Shown: positions 10,970-20,838, numbered from the stretch's first letter. The stretch: 64,000 bases of DNA from Flavobacteriales bacterium (GCA_029248105.1 JAQWJZ010000027.1:6724-70723); one strand, 5' to 3'. A program made the numbers and translations. Notes: generated from the letters alone by a model not told the origin.

Positions 10970-12234
10970 GATAATGCTTTTTCTATAATTTGACCTAATT
11001 GGTATACATCTTCAAATGTGTTATATAGTGGAACAGGCGCTAAACGAATAACATTAGGCTCCCTCCAATCTGCAATGACTCCATGCTTGGTGATAAAATC
11101 AAACATGGATTTTCCTTGTCCATGACATAAAACTGACAACTGACATCCTCTATATCTCTCCTCTTTTGGAGTTATAATTTCTAAATCGCAATTGTCATAA
11201 CGTTCAGAAATATCATTAAAAACAAACTCCATGAAATTAGTTAGCTTCCTGCTTTTTGCAACTAATTTTGACATACCAACTTCATCAAAAATATCCATAC
11301 TTGCCTTACAAGGCGCCATAGCAAAGACAGGAGCATTACTCAATTGCCAACCTTGAGCTCCTTGCATAGGAACAAAATTCTTTTCCATCAAAAAACGACG
11401 CTCTTCATCGTGACCCCACCATCCTGAGAAACGTGGCAAACTGGAATTTTTAGCATGCTTTTGATGAACAAAAATACCAGACACACTCCCTGGTCCTGAA
11501 TTAAGGTATTTGTACGAACACCAACAAGCAAAATCAACATCCCAATCGTGTAATTTAAGCTCTATATTTCCGACGCCATGCGCTAAATCAAAGCCAACAA
11601 AAGCATCTTGACTGTGAGCTCTTTGAGTAATCTTACGCATATCAAAGACTTGTCCGGTGTAATAATTCACCCCGCCCCAAAAAACTAATGCTAACTCATC
11701 GCCAACTTCATCTATTTTAGAGATTATATCTTCTTCTCTTATGGTGTGTTCACCATCACGTGGTGACACTTCAATAATGGTATCAGCAGGATTCAATCCA
11801 TGAAATTTAACTTGGCTTTCAAGCATATACTGATCAGAAGGAAAAGCTTTTGCTTCACAAATAATCTTAGTGCGCTTACCTTTAGGCTGATAGAAAGAAA
11901 CCATCATTAAATGCAGGTTTACGCTCAATCCATTCATTGCAACGACCTCATCTTTATCTGCTCCAACTAATCGAGCAAATGGTTCTGACAAAATTTTATG
12001 ATATGAAACCCAAGGGTTCTTAGCTTCAAAATGTCCTTCAACACCATACTTGGCCCAATCGTTCAGTTCTTGTTGTATAAAATCAGAGGTGCTTTTAGGC
12101 TGTAATCCTAAAGAGTTTCCTGTGAAATAAAGCGCTTCTTTTCCATTTACTTTTGGAATGTAAAATCGTTGCCTGTAAGCTGAAATTTTATCTTGCTTAT
12201 CAGAATCTTGGGCGAATTCTAATGTGTTTTGCAT
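10966..12234 (-). CDS. kynU: kynureninase
   Basis: A PLP fold-type I protein with the kynureninase-like blocks [12 protein letters not shown] and [15 protein letters not shown] (PLP lysine). Length is 422 aa. Confidence 0.9.
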   Translation of the reverse strand: MQNTLEFAQDSDKQDKISAYRQRFYIPKVNGKEALYFTGNSLGLQPKSTSDFIQQELNDWAKYGVEGHFEAKNPWVSYHKILSEPFARLVGADKDEVVAMNGLSVNLHLMMVSFYQPKGKRTKIICEAKAFPSDQYMLESQVKFHGLNPADTIIEVSPRDGEHTIREEDIISKIDEVGDELALVFWGGVNYYTGQVFDMRKITQRAHSQDAFVGFDLAHGVGNIELKLHDWDVDFACWCSYKYLNSGPGSVSGIFVHQKHAKNSSLPRFSGWWGHDEERRFLMEKNFVPMQGAQGWQLSNAPVFAMAPCKASMDIFDEVGMSKLVAKSRKLTNFMEFVFNDISERYDNCDLEIITPKEERYRGCQLSVLCHGQGKSMFDFITKHGVIADWREPNVIRLAPVPLYNTFEDVYQLGQIIEKALS

Positions 12235-12243
12235 GCTGTAAAT

Positions 12244-13116
12244 TTAGGGTACGAAGATACCAAAAGCCAATGGTATAACGAAAATTAGTAATAACATTAA
12301 AATACTTGCTCCCTCAATCCAAAAGGAAAAAAAGAAAGTGTTCTTTTCTTGAGAAGTTTTAAAAATCAGAATAGCTGTAAACACAGAACTCAGTAGTAAG
12401 GCCACCAGAACAGAAAGTGAAAAACCTCCAATGAAGAAGTGAACAATAGAAAGTAATTCAAATGCAGCTAAACTATATAATGCAATCATCTTAGCCTGTT
12501 CTTCCCCCCACAACTGCGGTATAGTTTTTAAAGAAAAATCGTCGTATTTCAAATCTCTGATATCAAATGGAATGGTTATTGCAATAACAAAACAAAAACG
12601 AGCCAGGAATAACAATAACGCATCTAAAGTAAGTAACATATCATTTTCTTCAGCAACTAAGACAACACTAACTATTGACCATACCAAAGCAATTAGAAAA
12701 ATTTTAAGATAGGGCAGCTCACGTAAAGAGATTTTTTTACTTCCAAAAGGAAATAATTGAAGAGGATATAAAAAACTTATAAATGATGCCGGAACCAAGA
12801 ACAACAAGACTGTAAGGGAAAGATTAACAGCAAAATAAATAGACAAAAACATCGAAATAAATGTAATTGACAATATAAATTTTCTATGTTTTTTCATCCA
12901 ATTTAAATGAGCCGGTTGCATTTTATTTGGATTGAACCTTATTAAGCGTTGAAAATTATATATGAACAGCGTTGAAAAAAAGACAAAAGGCAAAATACTA
13001 GATTGATTTGAACCTAAAATCATAACTGTACTTTGACAAAGAGCAACGACACATAACGATACGTAAATGTTGGAATAAATAAAAAATTCTGTAGTTTTTC
13101 GAAGCAAATTCACCAT
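12244..13116 (-). CDS. polytopic membrane protein, UbiA-prenyltransferase-like
   Basis: A 290-aa protein with ~8-9 TM helices. FDIRDLKYDDFSLKTIP matches the second UbiA motif D(I/V)xDxxxDxxxGxxT(L/I)P. The expected first motif NDxxDxxxD is not evident; the aligned region reads YNFQRLIRF. Confidence 0.45.
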   Translation of the reverse strand: MVNLLRKTTEFFIYSNIYVSLCVVALCQSTVMILGSNQSSILPFVFFSTLFIYNFQRLIRFNPNKMQPAHLNWMKKHRKFILSITFISMFLSIYFAVNLSLTVLLFLVPASFISFLYPLQLFPFGSKKISLRELPYLKIFLIALVWSIVSVVLVAEENDMLLTLDALLLFLARFCFVIAITIPFDIRDLKYDDFSLKTIPQLWGEEQAKMIALYSLAAFELLSIVHFFIGGFSLSVLVALLLSSVFTAILIFKTSQEKNTFFFSFWIEGASILMLLLIFVIPLAFGIFVP

Positions 13117-13161
13117 TCAAAAATATAGAATATTAGTTGGTTAAATTACAACTTCATTTCA

Positions 13162-13169
13162 TATTTTTG
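13162..13169 (+). promoter_or_regulatory. candidate Bacteroidota -7 box (TATTTTTG) for gcvP
   Basis: Matches TAnnTTTG and ends 20 nt before the gcvP ATG. A TTG at 13137-13139 sits at -33-like spacing. Confidence 0.3.
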
Positions 13170-13189
13170 TACTTTAAAAATTTCGACCA

Positions 13190-16069
13190 ATGAATCAGTT
13201 CTCAGAGCGCCATATAGGCCCACGACCAAGCGACCAAGAAAGCATGCTGAATAAGATAGGCGTTTCATCAATGGATGAGCTTATTGACCTTGCACTACCG
13301 CCAGGTATTCGTCTACATAAAAAAATGGATTTACCACAAGCATTGAATGAGTCTGAATTGTTGGAACACATGAAAACCTTAGGTCAAAAAAATAAAAACT
13401 ATAGATCGTACATAGGACTTGGATATTACAACACTATTCTTCCAGGCGTAATACAAAGAAATATTTTAGAAAATCCAGGCTGGTATACTGCCTATACACC
13501 TTATCAGGCTGAAATTGCACAAGGACGACTTGAAGCATTATTAAATTATCAAACGATGGTCACCGATTTGACCGCTATGGAAATTGCTAACGCCTCGTTA
13601 TTGGATGAGGGAACTGCAGCAGCTGAGGCTATGATTATGCTATTTAACGCTAGACATAAAGAAAAGAAAAAAGCAAAGTCAAAAACTTTTTTAGTGTCTA
13701 AAGATTGTTTACCACAAACCATAGACGTTTTAAAAACAAGGGCTACACCAATTGGAATAGAACTGCAAATTGTGGAACATTCTGATTTTATCTTTTCTGA
13801 TGGTGTTTTCGGAATGCTGGTACAGTACCCTTGTAAATATGGTAATATTGAAAACTACAAAACCCTTGCTCAAGATGCCAAAAACAATAATGTAGGAATT
13901 GCAGTAGCTGCCGATTTATTAAGTCTTACACTTTTAACTCCTCCTGGTGAGTGGGGAGCAGATGTCGTAGTTGGCACTACTCAACGTTTTGGAATTCCTA
14001 TGGGATACGGTGGTCCTCACGCTGGTTATTTTGCAACCAAAGAAAGTTTCAAAAGAAATATTCCAGGTAGAATTATTGGGGTAACGATTGACTCTCACGG
14101 AAAAAGAGCGTTAAGAATGGCTCTTCAAACCAGAGAACAACATATCAAAAGAGAAAGAGCAACATCAAACATCTGTACCGCCCAAGTGTTATTATCCATA
14201 ATGGCAGGCATGTACGGTGTCTATCATGGGCCCAAACGATTAAAAAACATTGCTAGAAAAATACATGGACTGGCCTGTGTTTTAACAGAAGGCTTAGAAC
14301 AATTAGGGTACAAACAACTCAATAAAAATTACTTTGACACCATATTGGTAAATATCAACGATGTATCAATAGATACCCTTAAGGTATTTGCTGAAGATGC
14401 AAAAATGAACTTCAACTATATCGATGACAAACACCTTTCAATCTCTATTGATGAAAAAGACGGTCTTCAAAATATCAACGATATACTCAAAGTATTTGCT
14501 AAAAGCTGTAACCATTCAGATCCAAGTGAATTGATAAAAAACGTACTAAATGGCAATTACACTGATGCCAATTCATTTATCCCCAAAGAATTGTACAGAG
14601 AAAGTGCTTTTTTACAACACGATGTATTCAACACTTACCATAGTGAAACAGAAATGATGCGTTACATTAAGCGTTTAGAAAACAAAGACTTAGCGCTTAA
14701 CCATTCTATGATTCCATTAGGATCATGTACAATGAAATTAAACGCTGCTGCCGAACTCTTTCCTCTGAGCTGGAGTGAATTTAGCAATATTCATCCTTTC
14801 GCACCTATAAATCAGGCAAGAGGCTATCACATTATGTTTCATGAATTAGAAGAGTCATTATGTGAAATTACTGGTTTTGACGGCATGTCTTTGCAACCCA
14901 ATTCAGGAGCACAAGGAGAATATGCTGGATTAATGGTAATAAGAGCCTACCATCACAGTAGAAATGAAAGCAACAGAAATATCTGCCTTATTCCTGCATC
15001 GGCACATGGCACCAACCCTGCATCAGCTACTATGGCAGGAATGGAAGTCATTGTTACAAAATGCGATGAAATGGGTAATATTGACGTCGATGACCTAAAA
15101 GCCAAGGCCGAAGAGCATAGTGAAAATCTGGCCGCATTGATGATAACATACCCATCGACCCATGGAGTATTTGAGGAGTCTGTTATAGAAGTAACTGACA
15201 TTATACACCAACATAGAGGTCAAGTGTATATGGATGGCGCAAACATGAATGCACAAGTAGGCTTAACAAATCCCGCAAAGATTGGCGCCGATGTTTGCCA
15301 TTTAAACCTTCATAAAACATTTGCTATACCTCACGGTGGTGGCGGACCTGGAATGGGACCAATAGGCGTTGTCGAACACCTTAAACCGTTCTTACCATCA
15401 AATCCATTAATTCCTACTGGTGGTGAGCAAGCCATTTCTGCAATATCTGCTGCACCATGGGGCTCGTCATTAGTCTTATGCATATCTTACGCATATATCA
15501 AAATGCTAGGGGAAGAGGGGCTAAAAAAGTCAACTGAAGTAGCTATTTTAAATGCAAATTATATTAAGGAAGAATTAAAAGACGACTACACCATATTATA
15601 TACCAATCCTAACAATATGGTAGCTCACGAGATGATTTTGGAGTGTCGCCCTTTCAAAGACATAGGTATTGAAGTCACTGACATAGCCAAACGATTAATG
15701 GATTACGGTTTTCATGCACCTACAGTATCTTTCCCTGTGGCAGGAACGCTAATGGTTGAACCCACAGAAAGCGAAAGCAAAGAAGAATTAGATAAGTTTA
15801 TTTCAGCAATGAAATCAATACGCCAAGAGATAAATGCTATAGCTAGTGGTAAATCTGACGAAACAGATAATGTTTTGAAAAATGCACCCCACACTATAGG
15901 TTTAGTTGCTAATGATGTTTGGGAAAAACCATACAGCAGACAACAAGCTGCATTTCCTCTGCAATACATTAATGACAATAAATTTTGGCCTAGCGTTGGT
16001 CGAGTTAATGATGCTTTTGGTGATCGAAATTTAGTATGTTCTTGCGTAAGTATCGAAAGTTATAATTAA
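13190..16069 (+). CDS. gcvP: glycine dehydrogenase (aminomethyl-transferring), single-chain P protein
   Basis: 959 aa with the N-terminus FSERHIGP. The PLP site is [18 protein letters not shown]. Confidence 0.95.
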   Translation: MNQFSERHIGPRPSDQESMLNKIGVSSMDELIDLALPPGIRLHKKMDLPQALNESELLEHMKTLGQKNKNYRSYIGLGYYNTILPGVIQRNILENPGWYTAYTPYQAEIAQGRLEALLNYQTMVTDLTAMEIANASLLDEGTAAAEAMIMLFNARHKEKKKAKSKTFLVSKDCLPQTIDVLKTRATPIGIELQIVEHSDFIFSDGVFGMLVQYPCKYGNIENYKTLAQDAKNNNVGIAVAADLLSLTLLTPPGEWGADVVVGTTQRFGIPMGYGGPHAGYFATKESFKRNIPGRIIGVTIDSHGKRALRMALQTREQHIKRERATSNICTAQVLLSIMAGMYGVYHGPKRLKNIARKIHGLACVLTEGLEQLGYKQLNKNYFDTILVNINDVSIDTLKVFAEDAKMNFNYIDDKHLSISIDEKDGLQNINDILKVFAKSCNHSDPSELIKNVLNGNYTDANSFIPKELYRESAFLQHDVFNTYHSETEMMRYIKRLENKDLALNHSMIPLGSCTMKLNAAAELFPLSWSEFSNIHPFAPINQARGYHIMFHELEESLCEITGFDGMSLQPNSGAQGEYAGLMVIRAYHHSRNESNRNICLIPASAHGTNPASATMAGMEVIVTKCDEMGNIDVDDLKAKAEEHSENLAALMITYPSTHGVFEESVIEVTDIIHQHRGQVYMDGANMNAQVGLTNPAKIGADVCHLNLHKTFAIPHGGGGPGMGPIGVVEHLKPFLPSNPLIPTGGEQAISAISAAPWGSSLVLCISYAYIKMLGEEGLKKSTEVAILNANYIKEELKDDYTILYTNPNNMVAHEMILECRPFKDIGIEVTDIAKRLMDYGFHAPTVSFPVAGTLMVEPTESESKEELDKFISAMKSIRQEINAIASGKSDETDNVLKNAPHTIGLVANDVWEKPYSRQQAAFPLQYINDNKFWPSVGRVNDAFGDRNLVCSCVSIESYN

Positions 16070-16160
16070 AAATACTTTAAATACTTGTTAAGTAGGTTAG
16101 GATTTTTTGAAAAAAGGCCGTAAATTCGTGCTCACTTAACCGATAAATTTAACAAGTATA

Positions 16161-18071
16161 ATGAAAAATTTTTATTCAATTATTGGCTCATTTTTGATAA
16201 TTGGTAGCGCTTTTGCCCAAGGCGTGAATTCTAATTACAAAATGGCTCAAAAGAAAATAATCGACACCACTTTACCGAAAGTCATTCAGGCTTCTCTCGA
16301 ATTAAGATCAGCCGCTGTAGATTGTGATTCCGAGTTTTATTGCGAAAACTTTGAAGATGTTAATACTCCAGCTCTTCCTGATGGCATGAATACCTCTTCT
16401 CTTGAAAACAACTATTACGTTCCTACAGAAAGTGGCAATGTACAAGTTAGTGGTTTCTTTACAGGAAATAGTCAAGATGCAGGTGTAGGTGGCTATTGGA
16501 CCTACTTAGATGATCATACTACATTTGCAATGACAAATGATGACTCATGTTTGCCTGGCGGTGTAGCTCCAAATGAAGCTAACAACTGTGACCTTTCATT
16601 CGAAGTTTTAGAGCTTCCTGAAATGGATTTCACAGGTCAAACGAATATGTGGATTTTATTCGAATTCTACCACGACAAAAATTGGGGTGGAGGAGATGCA
16701 TCTGTCGAAATTAGTGTGGATGGCGGTACAACTTGGGAAGAATTAAGCGACGGCCCTCTTCCAGAAACACAAGCATGGCAAGCTGCAGCATATGATTTGA
16801 GTGATTATTCAGATTCGTCAAGTGTTACAATCCGTTTTTTATGGTCTGACGCAGGAAGTTGGGCAAGTGGATTCGCTATAGATGATATCGTAATTAATCC
16901 TCTTCCAGACTATGCTTTAAAACTTAACCAAGCATTCCAAGTATTCCCAAGTTCTTATTTCGGAGCTACTACTTACCAAACTGTACCAAAAGCACAGGCT
17001 GAAGCTACAGCATACAACTTTGCTGGATACATTCAAAACATGGGATTAAATACTTTAGATAGCGCAAGAGTATATGCTTCCATTACTAGTGAAGGTTTCT
17101 CAACTCAAAGTGATGGTATAAATACCGTTTCATTAGACCAAGACTCGCTCTTCTGTAATGATGTTTTCACGGCAACTGGCGCAGGCACTTATACTGCTGA
17201 CATCTATGCTGCCGATGAAAATGGAACACAAACAGAAACTAGCTCTGTTTCATTTGAAGTTACTGAATTTGAATATGCAAGAGATGATGCTGGAATGTCT
17301 GGTGATTATTCAGGCGGTTCATTTGTGAATGATGCTGGTAGTGAGCAAAGAGGTAATGTATTTGATATTTACGCTGATGCTACTATTTATGCTATTAAAG
17401 TAAGAGCACATCCGGCTACATCTCCAAACTGTATGGTTAAAGGTATTATAAATACTGTTATTCCTGGTGATGGCACAGAAGCAAACCCAACAACATATGC
17501 TTTCTTTACAGAAACACCTGAAATTAACATTGGTGAATACACTGACGGTTGGACTAACTTAATGTTTAATCCACCAGTAGAAGTATTTGCAGGTGATGTT
17601 ATTTTAGCAACTATCTCTGCTGCATACAATGGTGTGGACACTTTAGTTATTGGTACTTCAGGAAATACTGATGTTGCCGAAACTATGCTACAAGATATAG
17701 ATGGAACACAACCAAATGGTAATCCAGGCGATTGGTATTATACTACTACAGCTCCTATGGTTAGACTAAACTTTGACCCTAATGCAACTGGCCCATTACC
17801 ACCAGCGTCTGTAAACGAAATAGTAAACTCTGCTACATTCAATGTATATCCTAATCCTAATAACGGTATATTTAACATTTCTATCAGTAATTCAGCTGAA
17901 AATCAAACGATAGAAATCAAAAATGTTATCGGACAGACTGTATACTCTGAAATTGCAAGAAACTCTTCTGAAAACACTATCGATTTATCGAACCTAGACA
18001 AAGGTGTTTACACTATTACTCTAATTAGTGATAACGGTATGAGCTCTGCTAAAAAGATAATTATTCAATAA
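16161..18071 (+). CDS. secreted T9SS cargo protein, paralog 1 (MAM/choice-of-anchor-J-like N-domain + type-A T9SS C-terminal domain)
   Basis: Signal peptide MKNFYSIIGSFLIIGSAFAQG. The C-terminal FNVYPNPNNGIFNISI...LDKGVYTITL...KKIIIQ is a por_secre_tail-type CTD. Confidence 0.85.
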   Translation: MKNFYSIIGSFLIIGSAFAQGVNSNYKMAQKKIIDTTLPKVIQASLELRSAAVDCDSEFYCENFEDVNTPALPDGMNTSSLENNYYVPTESGNVQVSGFFTGNSQDAGVGGYWTYLDDHTTFAMTNDDSCLPGGVAPNEANNCDLSFEVLELPEMDFTGQTNMWILFEFYHDKNWGGGDASVEISVDGGTTWEELSDGPLPETQAWQAAAYDLSDYSDSSSVTIRFLWSDAGSWASGFAIDDIVINPLPDYALKLNQAFQVFPSSYFGATTYQTVPKAQAEATAYNFAGYIQNMGLNTLDSARVYASITSEGFSTQSDGINTVSLDQDSLFCNDVFTATGAGTYTADIYAADENGTQTETSSVSFEVTEFEYARDDAGMSGDYSGGSFVNDAGSEQRGNVFDIYADATIYAIKVRAHPATSPNCMVKGIINTVIPGDGTEANPTTYAFFTETPEINIGEYTDGWTNLMFNPPVEVFAGDVILATISAAYNGVDTLVIGTSGNTDVAETMLQDIDGTQPNGNPGDWYYTTTAPMVRLNFDPNATGPLPPASVNEIVNSATFNVYPNPNNGIFNISISNSAENQTIEIKNVIGQTVYSEIARNSSENTIDLSNLDKGVYTITLISDNGMSSAKKIIIQ

Positions 18072-18093
18072 TTATATACTTAATCTTAACAAG

Positions 18094-18123
18094 AAAAAAA
18101 GCAGGCTAACGTCTGCTTTTTTT
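18094..18123 (+). terminator. rho-independent terminator after paralog 1
   Basis: Stem GCAGGC (18101-18106) / GTCTGC (18111-16) with a TAAC loop. It is flanked by an A-run upstream and T7 downstream. Confidence 0.75.
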
Positions 18124-18139
18124 ATTAAAACTCATTATT

Positions 18140-20017
18140 ATGAAAAACGCTTTATTAATTATAGGGATGGTGTTTGGCTTACATTCATTCGCTCAAATGA
18201 ACGTTCAGTCTATTGTACATTCATTAGAAAAAGGTAAAAGCCATTATCAATTGCGCTCTTTGCAAGCAGTATCTGCTGCTGATAGTGCCGATATTATATG
18301 GTACGAAAACTTTAGAGAAGGACTAGATGGAAATAACTCATCTGCAGATCCTTCTTGGACTACAAGTGGTGATGATGGAGATATATGGGCACTTGATTTT
18401 GACGGCTCTAATGGCGATTATGCTGGTGAAAATCCTTTTTTGTTAGAGTCTGAATCTGCAGATAATGGCTGGATGATTTTTGATGCTGATGGTGCAAATG
18501 CAGATATACCCGTTGCAGCATATTCAGAAAAAAAAGGACAATTGACATCGCCTTACATAGATTTGTCAAATGATTCAAACGTTACTTTAAGTTTTGAACA
18601 TGCCTACAGATGGTGCTGCTTTAATTCACACGAACTAGTCGTTTCAATAAATGATGGTAGCGGATGGGAATCTGCAACTTCATACCAAGTCAATGACTTA
18701 GGAACTGTTAATGTATTGTCAGGGACTGTAAAGGTTGAAATTATCATTACACAAATAGCCGCTTTAAAGGACAGTGTGCAAATTCGTTTTGACTGGGCTA
18801 TTGATGAAGAAACAGCATCGCACTATTTCTGGATGATTGATGATGTAAAAATTAGCGAAACTCAACCTTACGCTTCCAATATATTGACTAGTTACAATAG
18901 AGTACCTAGCTCTTACTTGGGCGGAACAACATACCGAGTAATGCCATTAGAACAAGCTGCATCAACAGCGTATTTCTTTGGTGGTATTGTTGAAAATGTA
19001 GGCTTTAATACCTTAGATAGTATGAGAATACATGCCGAAATTACTGATGAAGATTTCTCAACACAGAGTAACGGTGTAACACTAATCTCTAGCGACAAAG
19101 ACACCTTATTTGTAAATGAAGGTTTCACCCCAACAGAAATAGGCGACTATACAGGAACTGTTATTGCTAAAGACGATTATGAAAATGTAATTACTGATAC
19201 GCTTCGTCAATCATTCTCAATTTCAGAATTTGTATACGCTAGAGATAATGGAAACAATGCAACGAACTTTGGACGTTATGCAATAAATGCCGATGGCTCA
19301 AGACAATTTGGCAATGTTTTTGACATATACACAACAAGTACTTTGTACAGCATCAGTATTCGTTTAGATACAACTACATCACCAAATGCTGAAGGGACAA
19401 TCAGAATAAATACGATTGACCCAACAAGTGGTGAGGTAAGTTATTTAACAGAATCTGAAACTCTGAGTTTAGGAGATTATACTGGCGAATGGTTTGACGT
19501 GTCATTTGACCCACCATTAATATTAGATGCTGGTCAAGTTATATTACCTACTTTATTTGCTAATTATAATGGTGTTGATACCGTATTTATCAGCACCTCG
19601 GGCAATAACCCTAACAATAGCGAAAGTTTAGTACAAGATATCGATGGTATTCAAGAAGGTGTAAACCCAGGAACATGGCTATACACAACAAGCGCTCCTT
19701 GTGTAAGACTAAATTTTGATCCTAGCGTTATTGGTGTTAATGTAGGTATAAATGAAAATGAATACGTCTCTAAATTTAACGTTTTCCCTAACCCTAACAA
19801 TGGTAAATTTAATATTCAGGTTCAAACAACAAATTCTGAAAAATTAAATATTACTATTCGAAATTTGGTTGGACAAATTGTTTATTCTGAAAAAGTCTCC
19901 GTAATGAATGCACTAAACAAATCACTAAATTTAAGTCATTTAGAAAAAGGAATATATACCATATCATTAGAGAATGAGCAAACTAGCTTATCAACGAAAA
20001 AGGTTACTGTCCAATAG
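18140..20017 (+). CDS. secreted T9SS cargo protein, paralog 2
   Basis: Signal peptide MKNALLIIGMVFGLHSFAQ. It is collinear with paralog 1, sharing the blocks NTLDS.R..A.IT.E.FSTQS.G, F.YARD, GNVFDIY, YNGVDT and VRLNFDP. CTD: FNVFPNPNNGKFNIQV...LEKGIYTISL. Confidence 0.85.
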   Translation: MKNALLIIGMVFGLHSFAQMNVQSIVHSLEKGKSHYQLRSLQAVSAADSADIIWYENFREGLDGNNSSADPSWTTSGDDGDIWALDFDGSNGDYAGENPFLLESESADNGWMIFDADGANADIPVAAYSEKKGQLTSPYIDLSNDSNVTLSFEHAYRWCCFNSHELVVSINDGSGWESATSYQVNDLGTVNVLSGTVKVEIIITQIAALKDSVQIRFDWAIDEETASHYFWMIDDVKISETQPYASNILTSYNRVPSSYLGGTTYRVMPLEQAASTAYFFGGIVENVGFNTLDSMRIHAEITDEDFSTQSNGVTLISSDKDTLFVNEGFTPTEIGDYTGTVIAKDDYENVITDTLRQSFSISEFVYARDNGNNATNFGRYAINADGSRQFGNVFDIYTTSTLYSISIRLDTTTSPNAEGTIRINTIDPTSGEVSYLTESETLSLGDYTGEWFDVSFDPPLILDAGQVILPTLFANYNGVDTVFISTSGNNPNNSESLVQDIDGIQEGVNPGTWLYTTSAPCVRLNFDPSVIGVNVGINENEYVSKFNVFPNPNNGKFNIQVQTTNSEKLNITIRNLVGQIVYSEKVSVMNALNKSLNLSHLEKGIYTISLENEQTSLSTKKVTVQ

Positions 20018-20042
20018 ATAACTCATCTTTTTATTAAACTTT

Positions 20043-20071
20043 AAAAAGCAGGCCTATGGTCTGCTTTTTTT
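20043..20071 (+). terminator. rho-independent terminator after paralog 2
   Basis: AAAAAGCAGGC-CTATG-GTCTGC-TTTTTTT. The stem sequence is the same as in the terminator at 18101-18116. Confidence 0.75.
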
Positions 20072-20087
20072 ATTTCTTTTTTTTATG

Positions 20088-20095
20088 TAATTTTG
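20088..20095 (+). promoter_or_regulatory. candidate -7 box (TAATTTTG) for paralog 3
   Basis: Matches TAnnTTTG, 16 nt upstream of the ATG at 20112. Confidence 0.3.
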
Positions 20096-20111
20096 CTTTG
20101 AACTTAAAACT

Positions 20112-20788
20112 ATGAAACCAGTGCTTACCATTTTGGGTATTTTTTTATTTCTGCAAACAGCTACCCTAATGGTAAAATTCAAACCAAACTTTACCAATTA
20201 GATAACGGAACCCCTATTTTTCTTTATGAATCGAATAAATTGAGCCTAATAAACGGTATCGATACTTGGCAAAGCATAAAGTTCCCAGAACCCTTTACTT
20301 TAGAACAAGGAAATGAATATCTAGTGACAGTTGGTGGTGATGGTACTATCACGTCTGATACAACACGTATTGGCGCTACAAGTTCAAGAGAAGGCAGTTA
20401 TGGATGGAGAATTTATAATGGCTACACCTCACCAGGCAGTAGTTCTGCAGAACAAGATGGTATATATTTGTCTATTCCAATGGTAAGGATGAATTTTGAC
20501 CCTAATGTAGCAGGTCCAATAAGTGTTAAAGAGGAAGAATTATCTTATTTCTCCATTTACCCCAATCCGAATAACGGCATGTTTAGCATAAGTTTCGACA
20601 AGAATATTACTGTAAAATCCTCGATAGAAATTCACAATATCCTTGGACAGTTAGTTTATAACGAACAGCTTAATGAGAAAATGATTTCTAAAGATATTAA
20701 CTTAAGTCATCTTGAACAAGGGATTTATACCGTCAGCCTGAAAACTAATGGTGAAAATGCTCAAACTCAAAAAGTGATAATTAAGTAA
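20112..20788 (+). pseudogene. short T9SS cargo paralog 3, frameshifted at a T7 tract (signal peptide in one frame, body in another)
   Basis: The ATG at 20112 encodes MKPVLTILGIF... and hits TAG at 20199-20201. The track ORF 20240..20788 is open back to 20108 in the +2 frame. Adding one T to the T7 run (20140-20146) gives the continuous protein MKPVLTILGIFFISANSYPNGKIQTKLYQLDNG...VRMNFDPNVAGP...YPNPNNGMFSISF...KVIIK. Confidence 0.7.
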
Positions 20789-20801
20789 ATGAGTTTTATA
20801 T

Positions 20802-20834
20802 AAAAAAAGGCTAGTCATCGACTAGCCTTTTTTT
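20802..20834. terminator. bidirectional rho-independent terminator
   Basis: A perfect 8-bp stem GGCTAGTC (20809-16) / GACTAGCC (20820-27) with a 3-nt loop, A7 upstream and T7 downstream. It sits between convergent genes. Confidence 0.85.
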
Positions 20835-20838
20835 ATGC

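Noticed and set aside
13118-13125. TATTTTTG box on the minus strand in front of the UbiA-like gene.
   Set aside because: It ends 1 nt before the ATG at 13116, so the transcript would start inside the ORF. It is probably a chance match in AT-rich DNA, unless the mRNA is leaderless or the start is wrong. I did not list it as a promoter.
13117-13189. Possible glycine riboswitch upstream of gcvP.
   Set aside because: The gap is only 73 nt and AT-rich, with no GGAGAG...CACCG-type conserved cores. That is too short for even a single glycine aptamer.
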